Part shown: piece by piece, positions 27,528 to 36,649 of the stretch
How positions within the stretch are numbered: the first letter of the stretch is position 1
How the letters are laid out: every line of letters begins with the position of its first letter
NCBI GenBank assembly: GCA_035380285.1
Contig: DAOSXE010000001.1
Location: 27,552 to 91,551 of the forward strand
From: a bacterium
GTDB lineage: Bacteria > Auribacterota > Erginobacteria > Erginobacterales > DAOSXE01
Length of the DNA: 64,000 bases
Reading direction: 5' to 3'
Position numbers and translations under genes: made by a program
The notes under the pieces: model-generated
What the model was told of the DNA's origin: nothing
The model's input: only the letters and a program-made list of their open reading frames with translations
Databases searched by the model: none

Positions 27528-28610
27528 TCAGTTCAACCGCGCCAGCATGTAGGCCCCCATCCCCCCGAAGACGATATTCCCGATCCAGGCCGCCAGCCAC
27601 GGTGCCAGTTTCCCTTCCTTGCCGAAGGCTCCGGACATGGTGTAGAGAACGTAATAGAGAAATCCCAGAAGCAGGCTGACTCCCAGCCCCGTCAGCCAGT
27701 TTCCCTTCCCGACCCGGATCCCGAAAACCACGCCGATCAAACCCATGATCAGGCAGGACAGCGGCAACGCCAGTTTCTGGTGAAGTTCGACCTGGGCCGG
27801 CCGCAGGATCGATTCCGGAAAACCCCGCTTGCGTTCCAGCAGTTCCTTCAGTTCGGCGTAGCTGAGGCCGGAGTTCTCCTTCCGGCTTTGGGTCAGATCC
27901 TCGGTGGTTATGGAAAAATCGAAGGCTTGTTTGGTCAGAACCTGTTTTTCGGGAGGCCCGGAGAGGGGAAAGGTGAAGATGAAACCGTCGAAGAGCCACC
28001 AGGCCCCGTCCAGCCAGGCCGCTTCCTCGGCTTCGATCCGGCGGTGGGCCTGTCCGTCGGCCCGGCGTTCGTAGACTTTCACCCCGTTCCCCGAAGCGGT
28101 GTCGGGGTTGAACCGCTCGAAATAAAATTCGCGGTTGGTCACCGGATTGAAATACGTCACGTCCTTGAAGGACCTCCCCAGGAGGAACCCGTCTTCTTCG
28201 TACTGTTCCTTGAGCAGGTTGGATTGCTTCAGGGCCCTGGGGGCCACGAATTCGTTGAGGAAGAAAACCGCGACGCTCACCAGGAAACTGATGAGGATGA
28301 GCGGTGCCACCGCCCGGTAGATGTTGATCCCCCCCGCGCGCATGGCCGTGATCTCGTTGGTGTGCTGAAGGCGTCCCAGGGAATAGATCAGGGAGAGGAG
28401 GATGGCGATGGGCACGATGAAGATGAAGACCGAGGGGATGAAGAGGATGTAGTAGCGCACCGCGGCCAGCGGCCAGTTGGGGAGCCGGAGGAAGTCGTCC
28501 AGGTGCTCGAAGAGGTCCCCGATGATGAAGAGGATGACGAAGGCGGCCAGGCAGTAGGAAAAGGGGAGGAGAAACGCCTGAACGACGTAGCGGTCGAGTA
28601 TTTTTACCAT
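27528..28610 (-). CDS. lptG: LPS export ABC transporter permease LptG (YjgP/YjgQ family)
   Basis: 360 aa. MVKILDRYVV ... conserved LGRLQHTNEITAMRAGGI motif. Periplasmic beta-jellyroll insert. 6 TM. Confidence 0.85.
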   Translation of the reverse strand: MVKILDRYVVQAFLLPFSYCLAAFVILFIIGDLFEHLDDFLRLPNWPLAAVRYYILFIPSVFIFIVPIAILLSLIYSLGRLQHTNEITAMRAGGINIYRAVAPLILISFLVSVAVFFLNEFVAPRALKQSNLLKEQYEEDGFLLGRSFKDVTYFNPVTNREFYFERFNPDTASGNGVKVYERRADGQAHRRIEAEEAAWLDGAWWLFDGFIFTFPLSGPPEKQVLTKQAFDFSITTEDLTQSRKENSGLSYAELKELLERKRGFPESILRPAQVELHQKLALPLSCLIMGLIGVVFGIRVGKGNWLTGLGVSLLLGFLYYVLYTMSGAFGKEGKLAPWLAAWIGNIVFGGMGAYMLARLN

Positions 28611-28623
28611 CGTTCTCCTCCGC

Positions 28624-29724
28624 TTAAATCCGGGTGTGCTTGACGGTCAAAAATATCCCCAGCCCCATGAAGAGGAGGTTGGGGATCCAGACGATCAGGT
28701 AGGGGAAAAACCGGGGTTCGTCCTCGATGGCGTTGGCGAAGAGAATGAAGATATAGTAGATGAAGAGGACCGCCAGGCTGATGGCCATTCCGATCGACTT
28801 CTCCCCCCGGTGGGTGGTGATGGCCAGGGGGATGCCGATGACGACGAAGGCAAGGCAGGCCACGGAGAGTGAGAAGCGCCGGTGGAGCTCGGTGGTGATC
28901 CGGGAGACGTCCGCCGGGTCGCCCCCGGAGCGCAGGAGCTTCTTGCGGTGGGCCACCACCTCCCTCCCGGTCATGTCCTTGACCCGTTTCTTGACGTTTT
29001 TGGCGTCGCCGAAGAGGTCGCTGACGTCGATGGGGTAGTCCAGGACCCCGAACGTCGTCCTGGTGCTGATCTGGGGGTTGTCGGGATCGTACTCGTCCAG
29101 GCTCCCGTCCTCGAGGTGGAGGTAGCAGAGCTTTTTCTCGGGGTCGGTGACGAGTTTGGCTTTCTTGGCCAGGATGACGTTTTTCAGCATCTCGTTCTCG
29201 TACTGATAGATGGAGATGTTGCGGAAGTAATCGCCTTCCCGGTTGCGGATGTTGATGGCGTAGCCGGGGAATTCCATGAACTCGCCCGGTTCGAGCAGGA
29301 CTTCCGGTCCCTGGATCCCCACCTGCTGCTTGAGCAGGCGGATGTTGAAGGTGTTGCGGGGGATGATCTCGTTGTTGAGGATGGTGGAGCCCAGGGTGAA
29401 CGCCAGGCCCAGAAGAATCACCGGGGTGACGATCGTCTTCAGCCCGATGCCGCTGGCCCGCATGGCCGTGATCTCGTTGTCGGCGGAGAGGCGGCCGAAG
29501 ACGAGGAGGGTCCCCACCAGCAGCGACATGGGCACGGCGTAGTCGAGAATGCTCATGATGATGAAGGCCATCAGCTTCACGACCACGAAGGGGGACATGC
29601 CCTTGACCAGGTAGTCGGCGATCTTGATCAGATTGCCCAGGCAGAGGATGCCGACGATGACCACCAGGATGATGAGGGTGTGGTGCAGGACCATGCGCCC
29701 GATATATCTTTGCAGTATTCTCAT
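28624..29724 (-). CDS. lptF: LPS export ABC transporter permease LptF (YjgP/YjgQ family)
   Basis: 366 aa from MRILQRYIGRMV ... with FGRLSADNEITAMRASGI motif. The ORF-track entry extends 287 codons further 5' through a non-coding-like frame. Confidence 0.85.
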   Translation of the reverse strand: MRILQRYIGRMVLHHTLIILVVIVGILCLGNLIKIADYLVKGMSPFVVVKLMAFIIMSILDYAVPMSLLVGTLLVFGRLSADNEITAMRASGIGLKTIVTPVILLGLAFTLGSTILNNEIIPRNTFNIRLLKQQVGIQGPEVLLEPGEFMEFPGYAINIRNREGDYFRNISIYQYENEMLKNVILAKKAKLVTDPEKKLCYLHLEDGSLDEYDPDNPQISTRTTFGVLDYPIDVSDLFGDAKNVKKRVKDMTGREVVAHRKKLLRSGGDPADVSRITTELHRRFSLSVACLAFVVIGIPLAITTHRGEKSIGMAISLAVLFIYYIFILFANAIEDEPRFFPYLIVWIPNLLFMGLGIFLTVKHTRI

Positions 29725-29808
29725 TTCAAACGGGTATGATAGTATACGCGCCCGGCAACCAGGAAGCTTATATTCCCCGTACTCCCGGGGAGAGAGGGGG
29801 AAGAGGAG

Positions 29809-31503
29809 ATGACGGCCGGCAGAACGCCTTCCCGGGTCAGATCGGCGGCGGCGTTTTTTCTCGTTTTCTTCCCCGCGGTCTATCTCGTTTCCCTGGGATC
29901 CGGGGCCCTGATCGAACCGGACGAGGCCCGGTACGGGGAAATCCCGCGGGAGATGATCGAAAGCGGGGATTTCCTCACCCCCCGCCTCAACTACGTCAAG
30001 TACTTCGAAAAGCCCCCCCTCTACTACTGGCTCACCGGCGCTTCCCTGGCCCTGCTGGGACGCAACGAGTACGCGGTCCGGCTCCCGACCGCGGTCATGG
30101 CCCTGGCCGGGATCGCTCTTACCGGTCTCCTGGCCCGGCGGTTCTTCGGCCCCCGCGCCGGCCTGCTGGCCGCGGTGGTCCTGGGTTCGGCGGGGGGATA
30201 CCTGGCCATGGGCCAGCTGGCCGTCATCGACATGACGCTGACCTTCTTTCTGAGTACGGGGACGGCTCTGCTCATGCTCGCCGCGTTGGGGGAAGAGAGG
30301 GGGTGGGACCGCGGCGCCGCGCTGTTTCTGGGCCTGGCGGTCCTGGCCAAGGGCCCGGTCGCGCTCGTGCTCCCGGCCGTGGTCGTGACGGGCTATTTTC
30401 TCCTGACCCGGGACCGCGGGCTGTTCCGGCGGGTGGTTTCGGCGCCGGCGGCGCTGATCTTCGCGGCCGTGACCGTCCCCTGGTTCCTGCTCGTCAGCCT
30501 GAGAAACCCGGAATTCCCCGCTTTCTTCTTCTACCACGAGCACCTGCAGCGTTTCTTCGCCTCTTCGGCGCGCAAGGCCTTTCACGCCGAGCCCTTCTGG
30601 TTTTTCTTCCCGGTGCTGCTGGCCTTGATCTTCCCCTGGCTGACGTGCATTCCGGCCGCGGTCCGGGAAGTCCTGCGGGGAGGCTCTCCGGAAACGAGGA
30701 AGCCCCTGGCCTTCCTCACCGCCTGGTGGGCCGGCATCCTGATCTTCTTCAGTATCTCCAGTTCCAAACTGATCCCCTACGTGCTTCCCTGCCTGCCGCC
30801 GCTGGCGGTCTGGGTGGGGTGGGGGATCGATCGGATTCTGGACCGCGGAACCGGGAAGCCCGGGAGCGCCGAACTGCGGTTCGCCGCCGCGCTCCTCGCC
30901 CTGATCGGGCTGGGTCTGGGCGGCTACCGCCTCTTCGCTCCGGAACCGCTGCTTTCCCCCGCCGCCTGCTTCCTTCCCGCCGCCGCCGCGCTCCTGGGGG
31001 GTGCCGCGGTCTGGGTCGCCGGACGCCGGCCCTCCCTCTTCTCCTTCTGCCTCCTGGGGGCGGTTTCGGCGGCCGTGGTCTCCTCGAGCCTGGCCCTGAT
31101 CAGAAGTTCCCTGGAAGACTTCCGCTCCACCAAGGCCCTGGCGATGAAAGCTCTTTCGTTGCGCCGGAACCGCGAACCGTTTTATAGTTTCAACTTTTAC
31201 GCCCAGGGGTTTCCGTTTTACACCGGGGAACGGCTGGTGCTGGTGGACAGTCTCGGCGAACTGCGGTTCGGGGCCTACCGGGGGTCCGAGGAGAACCGGC
31301 GCTGGTTCATCCCCGGAACGCGGCTGCGGCGGAAGATGGCCGGAGCCGAAGAGGTGTTCGTGGTTTTCGAGGAAGAAGACGAAGATTCCATGCAGTGGAT
31401 ATCCCGGGGCGATATGGAGATAGCGGCCCGCACCGGGGGGTATCTGTTGGCACGAAACCGACGCTCGCCCGGATCGAGCGAAGAAGAGGTCAAACCGGAA
31501 TGA
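29809..31503 (+). CDS. GT39/GT83-type GT-C-fold membrane glycosyltransferase (ArnT/PMT-like, polyprenol-phosphate-sugar dependent)
   Basis: PMT_2-like N-terminus IEPDEARYGEIPREMIESGDFLTPRLNYVKYFEKPPLYYW with the DE acidic motif in loop 1. About 12 TM. Stop overlaps glgE start (ATGA). Confidence 0.75.
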   Translation: MTAGRTPSRVRSAAAFFLVFFPAVYLVSLGSGALIEPDEARYGEIPREMIESGDFLTPRLNYVKYFEKPPLYYWLTGASLALLGRNEYAVRLPTAVMALAGIALTGLLARRFFGPRAGLLAAVVLGSAGGYLAMGQLAVIDMTLTFFLSTGTALLMLAALGEERGWDRGAALFLGLAVLAKGPVALVLPAVVVTGYFLLTRDRGLFRRVVSAPAALIFAAVTVPWFLLVSLRNPEFPAFFFYHEHLQRFFASSARKAFHAEPFWFFFPVLLALIFPWLTCIPAAVREVLRGGSPETRKPLAFLTAWWAGILIFFSISSSKLIPYVLPCLPPLAVWVGWGIDRILDRGTGKPGSAELRFAAALLALIGLGLGGYRLFAPEPLLSPAACFLPAAAALLGGAAVWVAGRRPSLFSFCLLGAVSAAVVSSSLALIRSSLEDFRSTKALAMKALSLRRNREPFYSFNFYAQGFPFYTGERLVLVDSLGELRFGAYRGSEENRRWFIPGTRLRRKMAGAEEVFVVFEEEDEDSMQWISRGDMEIAARTGGYLLARNRRSPGSSEEEVKPE

Positions 31504-33230
31504 AAAAAACGATCGAGATCGGAAATCTCTATCCCACCATCGCCGACGGCAGTTTCCCGGTCAAGCGGGAGGTCGACCGGCCCTTGCGGGCTACCGTCGA
31601 GGTATGCGGCCCCGGCAGGAAGAAGGTTGAGCTTCTCTGGAGAGAAAAGGAGAAAGCGCCCGGGAACTGGAACCGGGTCCCCATGAAGCGGGTTTCGCCG
31701 ATCAGGTGGGAAGGGGAGATCCCGATCCGGCGCTGCGGCACCTATCTGTTTACGGCGGAGGCGTCCGTGCCCGGGTCGAAGCCGGAGCGCTACGGTCTGG
31801 AGCAGGAGCTTTGGGTCGGGACGGAACGCTCCCGTTTCGCGGCCTGGTACGAACTTTTCCCCCGTTCCCAGGGAACGGTCCCGGGGCGCCACGGAACCTT
31901 CAAAGACGTGGAGCGTCGGCTGCCGGAGATCAAGGCCATGGGGTTCGACGTCATTTACGTTCCCCCCGTCTGCCCCATCGGCCACACCAACCGCAAGGGC
32001 CGCAACAACAGCCTCGTCGCCGCGCCGGACGACCCGGGCACTCCCTGGTCGGTGGGGAACGAACACGGCGGCCATACCGCCATCCACCCCCTCCTGGGAA
32101 CCGAGAAATCGTTCCGGCACCTGGTTTCGCTTCTGAAAGACATGGAGATGGAGCTTGCCCTCGATTTTACCTCGAACTGTTCCCCCGACCACCCCTGGAT
32201 CAGGGAACACCCGGGGTGGTTTTTCCGCAACCCCGACGGGACCATCAAATACGCGGAAAACCCCCCCAAGAAATACGAGGACGTCTGTCCGCTCAACTAT
32301 TACCCCAAAGACCGGGAAGCCATGTGGCAGGCGCAGCTCGATATTTTCCTGTGCTGGATCGAGCGGGGGGTGACGACGTTTCGGATCGACAACCCCCACA
32401 CCAAGCCCACGGAATTCTGGGCGTGGCTGATCCGGGAAATCAGGAAAGTCTGCCCGGAGGCGGTGTTCCTCTCCGAGGCCTTCACCGATTACGACAAGCT
32501 CGAAGAACTGGCCCGGGCCGGCTTCACCCAGTCCTATTCGTACTTCACCTGGAGAAACGGGAAAAACGAGTTGATCGAATATTTCCTCAAGCTCACCGGG
32601 ACCTATCTGAGCGAATTTCTCCGGGTGAACCTTTTCACCAACACCCCCGACATCCTCCCCGAATACCTCCAGACCGGAGGGAAACCCGCTTTCAAAATCC
32701 GCGCCGCCCTGGCCGCGACCCTTTCCTCGGTATACGGAATCTACAGCGGATTCGAACTGCTGGAGAACAAGCCGCTGGTCCCCGGCAAGGAATCGTACCT
32801 GGATTCCGAAAAATACGAAATCAAGGTACGGGACTGGGACCGGGCGGGAAACATCAAGGACTATCTCGCGGCTCTCAACCGTATCCGCCGGGAGAATCGG
32901 GCTCTTCGCTACTACGATAATCTCCGCATCCTCAGTTCCACCGACGACCAGATCCTATTTTACGGTAAAATCTCCCCCGGCAGAGACAACATCGTCGTCT
33001 GCGCGGTCAACCTCGATCCTTTCGCCTCCCACACCGGCCGCATTACCCTTCCCCTGGAGGAGTTCGGGATCGGCTCGAACGAGGAGTACCGGGCGGTCAA
33101 TCTGCTCGACGGGGTGCCGGAGCCGTGGCGGGGTAGGGAACAGATCGTCACCTTGGATCCGGAAGTCGAGCCCGCCGCCATCTACCGGATCGAGAAACCG
33201 GCGCCGTCGGCGACCCGGGACGACCGCTAA
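31500..33230 (+). CDS. glgE: Alpha-1,4-glucan:maltose-1-phosphate maltosyltransferase GlgE (short bacterial form, GH13_3)
   Basis: N-terminal MKKTIEIGNLYPTIADGSFPVKREV. Catalytic region FRIDNPHTKP with GH13 signatures. WYELFPRS and DVIYVPPVCPIGHTNRKG typical of GlgE. Confidence 0.85.
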   Translation: MKKTIEIGNLYPTIADGSFPVKREVDRPLRATVEVCGPGRKKVELLWREKEKAPGNWNRVPMKRVSPIRWEGEIPIRRCGTYLFTAEASVPGSKPERYGLEQELWVGTERSRFAAWYELFPRSQGTVPGRHGTFKDVERRLPEIKAMGFDVIYVPPVCPIGHTNRKGRNNSLVAAPDDPGTPWSVGNEHGGHTAIHPLLGTEKSFRHLVSLLKDMEMELALDFTSNCSPDHPWIREHPGWFFRNPDGTIKYAENPPKKYEDVCPLNYYPKDREAMWQAQLDIFLCWIERGVTTFRIDNPHTKPTEFWAWLIREIRKVCPEAVFLSEAFTDYDKLEELARAGFTQSYSYFTWRNGKNELIEYFLKLTGTYLSEFLRVNLFTNTPDILPEYLQTGGKPAFKIRAALAATLSSVYGIYSGFELLENKPLVPGKESYLDSEKYEIKVRDWDRAGNIKDYLAALNRIRRENRALRYYDNLRILSSTDDQILFYGKISPGRDNIVVCAVNLDPFASHTGRITLPLEEFGIGSNEEYRAVNLLDGVPEPWRGREQIVTLDPEVEPAAIYRIEKPAPSATRDDR

Positions 33231-33245
33231 CGAGAAGGAGGAAGC

Positions 33246-34409
33246 ATGAAAGTCACGTTCATAACCCGGGAATATCCGCCGAATGTGTACGGAGGCGCCG
33301 GAGTTCACATCCGGGAACTGGCCCGCTGCCTTTCGGAATTGATGGAAGTCGAGGTGCGGTGCTTCGGAGACCAGAACGAGAGCAACGGCATCAGGGTCAA
33401 GGGCTATGAGATCGATCCCCGGCCCCATTGTCCGGCGCAGCCGAAGTTCGACGCTCTCTTCAACACGCTCTACACCAACCTGGCCATGCTGACGGACGGC
33501 ATCACCGGCGATGTCATCCATACCCACACCTGGTACGCCCACCTGGCCGGTTTCCTGGGCAAAAAGCTCTACAACATGCCCCATGTCGCCACTTCGCACA
33601 GCCTGGAGCCGCTGCGGCCCTGGAAAGTCGAGCAGCTGGCGGAGGCTTATCATGTCTCCGCCTGGATGGAAAAGGTCGGGCTGGAAAACGCCGACCGGGT
33701 GGTGGCCGTCTCCAAGATGATGAAGGAGGACATCGTCGCCAACTTCGACGTGGACCCGGAGAAGGTGACGGTCATTCACAACGGGATCGACCTGAATAAG
33801 TACCGCCGCCGCCCCCTGTCGCCCGAGGTCCGGGCCCACTACGGCATCGAGGAGGATTACGTGCTGTTCGTCGGGCGCCCCACCGCCCAGAAAGGTATGG
33901 AGTACCTGATCGACGCGGCCGACGATATTCCGGTCCAGGTGGTCATCGAAGCGGTCGGCGCCGACACCAAGGAATACGAAGACCGGATGGCAGCCAAAGT
34001 GGAGGGGAAGAAGAACATCCTCTGGATTCACGAGAACCTGGGGGACGAGATCAATGCCGGACTCTACTCCTCGGCCAAGGTGTTCATCTGCCCTTCGGTC
34101 TACGAGCCCTTCGGAATCATCAATCTGGAGGCGATGGCCTGCGAAACTCCGGTCGTGGCCAGCGCCGTGGGGGGGATCATGGAAGTGGTGGTTCCGGGAG
34201 AAACCGGTTTCCTCGTCGAACCCGCCGCCGCCGGGCAGATCGCGGAAAAGGTCAACGAACTTCTGAGCCGGCCCGACCTGGCGCTGAAGATGGGCCGCAA
34301 CGGCCGGAAGCGGGTCGAGGACTATTTCAGTTGGGAATCGATCGCCCGAAAAACCAAGGCCATGTATGAAGAACTCCTCCACGAAAAAGCCCCCGTGCCC
34401 GCTCCATGA
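33246..34409 (+). CDS. glgM: GT4 alpha-glucan synthase of the GlgM / Corynebacterium-type GlgA family
   Basis: MKVTFITREYPPNVYGGAGVH N-terminus. EX7E region FICPSVYEPFGIINLEAMACETPVV. Adjacent to glgE. Confidence 0.75.
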   Translation: MKVTFITREYPPNVYGGAGVHIRELARCLSELMEVEVRCFGDQNESNGIRVKGYEIDPRPHCPAQPKFDALFNTLYTNLAMLTDGITGDVIHTHTWYAHLAGFLGKKLYNMPHVATSHSLEPLRPWKVEQLAEAYHVSAWMEKVGLENADRVVAVSKMMKEDIVANFDVDPEKVTVIHNGIDLNKYRRRPLSPEVRAHYGIEEDYVLFVGRPTAQKGMEYLIDAADDIPVQVVIEAVGADTKEYEDRMAAKVEGKKNILWIHENLGDEINAGLYSSAKVFICPSVYEPFGIINLEAMACETPVVASAVGGIMEVVVPGETGFLVEPAAAGQIAEKVNELLSRPDLALKMGRNGRKRVEDYFSWESIARKTKAMYEELLHEKAPVPAP

Positions 34410-34639
34410 ATAGGTCCCGGGCTCTCAAGGTACTCAATCCCCTTCTCGCCCTGGTTTTCCTGACCCAGATCCTTTCCGGGGTCTTTCACGAATACCTGGA
34501 CCACGATGTCTTCGAGGTGGTTCACGAAACCGGCGGAATAGTTTTGGCGGGATTGGTCGTTCTTCACGTCGGGCTCAATTGGAATTGGGTCAAGGCGACG
34601 TTCTTCGGGAAGAAACGGCCTCCGGCCTCGAAGCCCTGA
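34406..34639 (+). CDS. DUF4405-family small membrane protein
   Basis: Two TM helices with H ... H ... LNWNW pattern (FHEYLDH ... VVLHVGLNWNWVK). ATGA overlap with glgM. Confidence 0.5.
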   Translation: MNRSRALKVLNPLLALVFLTQILSGVFHEYLDHDVFEVVHETGGIVLAGLVVLHVGLNWNWVKATFFGKKRPPASKP

Positions 34640-34687
34640 TCGGGTTTCAGGAGGAGCATCCGGGGCCGTATGCGCCGCCCCCGGGGG

Positions 34688-35047
34688 TCACGTCCCGGCG
34701 GCGCCGGTTTCCCGGTTGTAGCGTTCGTTCCGCTCCCACTGGCGGCGCCAGGACTCGGCGTATTTGTTGATCCAGTCCAGCATGGCGATATTGCCGAGGT
34801 CGCAGCCCGCTTTCTCCGACTCGATCCACTTATGCTTTTCGATCTCCTGGAGCTGTTCCTCGGTGGCTTTGCGCACCTGGGTTTCGCGCCAGGCCTGGGA
34901 GTGGTGGTTCAGCCAGCTCTGAATGGTTTCTTCCATGCTGACGAAACGGCAGAAACGCTGGGAAAGGAAATAGCGGTGAACTTCTATCGCCCGCCATTCC
35001 GGGGGAGAAAAGCTGTGAGGATCCTGGGTGTCGCCTTCCGGGCTCAC
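34688..35047 (-). CDS. Small conserved hypothetical protein (DUF4032-like; family assignment tentative)
   Basis: Conserved-looking core ETIQSWLNHHSQAWRETQV ... EKHKWIESEKAGCDLGNIAMLDWINKYAESWRRQW. True start may be the internal MEET at 34936. Confidence 0.45.
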   Translation of the reverse strand: MSPEGDTQDPHSFSPPEWRAIEVHRYFLSQRFCRFVSMEETIQSWLNHHSQAWRETQVRKATEEQLQEIEKHKWIESEKAGCDLGNIAMLDWINKYAESWRRQWERNERYNRETGAAGT

Positions 35048-35092
35048 TCTCGATTCCTATTCTTATCGAATCATAATACTATAGTTTAGTCG

Positions 35093-36640
35093 ATGAACGT
35101 GCCCGCTCTCAATCAAAAAACAGTCGGCTTGGATGGCCCCGATCCCGGCGCCGTCTTCATGATCGGCTTTTTCGGCCACGCCCCCGCTCCCGAGTTGGAG
35201 CGCATGGTTCTCGATGAAAAGGTAGGCGGGGTCATTCTCTTCGGACGCAACATCGATTCCGTATCCCAGACCCGCGAGTTGATCGGCCGCCTCCAGGAAC
35301 TCAGAGCCCGGGTCCGCGCCGACCCTCTCCTGGTCGCCGTCGACCAGGAAGGCGGCGCCGTCAACCGCTTCGTCGAAGGGGTCTCGGTCTTTCCCGGCAA
35401 CCGCGCTCTGGGCGAAACCGGGAACCGGGATTGGGCCTACCGGCAAGGGTTGGAGATCGGGCGGCAGCTGCGGGAAATCGGGGTCAACGTCAACCTGGCG
35501 CCGGTTCTCGACCTGTACGAGATTCCCGGGAATCCGAGCACCGGAATCCGATCCCTGGGCCCCGACCCGGCCCGCGTGGCCGACCTGGGCGCGGCCCTGG
35601 TCCGGGGGTTCCTGGCGGGCGGGGTGATCCCGGTCGCCAAACACTTCCCCGGCAAAGGCGCGGCCCGCGTCGATTCCCATTTCGGGCTTCCCGTGATCGA
35701 CCGGGGGAGGAGCCTGCTGGAAGCGCGGGAGTTGGAGCCGTTCCGGGCGGCGTTCGCCGCCGGCCTTCCGGCAGCGATGGTCTCCCACGCCGCCTACCCG
35801 GAGTTGGAGAGGGGGAAGGCCGTCGTTCCCGCGACGTTTTCCGACCGGGTGCAGCGGGATTTGCTCCGGGAGAGCCTGGGTTTCCGGGGGGCGGTAGTGA
35901 CCGACGATTTGGGGATGGGGGCCGTCCGGGGTTCGGCTTCCGCCGCCGCCAGAAACGCCCTGATGGCAGGCGCGGATTTGTTGCTCCTCTGCCACTCCCC
36001 CCAAGCCCAGGCCGAGGCGATTTCTTCTCTGACCCGCGACAGCGCCGCCGACCCTCGACTGAGAGAGCGGCTGCGGGATGCCGCCGCGCGGTTGGCGCCG
36101 CTCCGGCAGATGGCCGCCCGCCCAGTTTCCGGTTCCGTCCCCGCCGACGAAGCCCTGCCCGGGACGATCGCCGCCGCCGCCGTCCGCTGTTTCCGGGACC
36201 CGGGAGGGCTGCTTCCCATCGACGTTTCCCGCAAACCCGCGGTCGTCCGTTTTCTTCCCCGGGCGGGGACCGGCGCCGAGGAGCGTTCCGGTTCCCGGGG
36301 AGCCGGTTTGGCCGATGTTCTCTTCTCCGGGGGGGCGGAGGTTTCCCCGTTCGACATCGACGTCGATCCTTCTCTCGAAACCGCCCGCCGGATCGAATCC
36401 GCCGCCGCCGGCGGCTTGACGGTGGTCTGTACCTACGACGCCTACCGGTTCCCCCTCCAGCGGGCGCTCCTGAAAAGGCTTCCGCGCGCCGGCATCGTCG
36501 CCGTCGCGGTCCGCGACCCTCGTGACGTCGAGCTCTTCCACCCGGACTGGACCGCGCTCGCCACCTACGGCCATACCGCCGTTTCCATGGCGGCGGCGGC
36601 CGACATGCTTCTGGGCCGGTCGGCAAAAAGACGCGGATGA
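35093..36640 (+). CDS. nagZ: Beta-N-acetylhexosaminidase NagZ (GH3)
   Basis: GH3 N-domain motifs GGVILFGRNI, LLVAVDQEGG and KHFPGKGAARVDSH, with catalytic Asp in VVTDDLGMGA. Confidence 0.8.
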   Translation: MNVPALNQKTVGLDGPDPGAVFMIGFFGHAPAPELERMVLDEKVGGVILFGRNIDSVSQTRELIGRLQELRARVRADPLLVAVDQEGGAVNRFVEGVSVFPGNRALGETGNRDWAYRQGLEIGRQLREIGVNVNLAPVLDLYEIPGNPSTGIRSLGPDPARVADLGAALVRGFLAGGVIPVAKHFPGKGAARVDSHFGLPVIDRGRSLLEARELEPFRAAFAAGLPAAMVSHAAYPELERGKAVVPATFSDRVQRDLLRESLGFRGAVVTDDLGMGAVRGSASAAARNALMAGADLLLLCHSPQAQAEAISSLTRDSAADPRLRERLRDAAARLAPLRQMAARPVSGSVPADEALPGTIAAAAVRCFRDPGGLLPIDVSRKPAVVRFLPRAGTGAEERSGSRGAGLADVLFSGGAEVSPFDIDVDPSLETARRIESAAAGGLTVVCTYDAYRFPLQRALLKRLPRAGIVAVAVRDPRDVELFHPDWTALATYGHTAVSMAAAADMLLGRSAKRRG

Positions 36641-36649
36641 GATTCCCGC

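Noticed and set aside
35490-36626. 378-aa minus-strand and 364-aa plus-strand (35431..36525) Arg/Pro-rich ORFs inside nagZ
   Set aside because: Out-of-frame or antisense to nagZ, which has GH3 catalytic motifs; compositions are extreme low-complexity.
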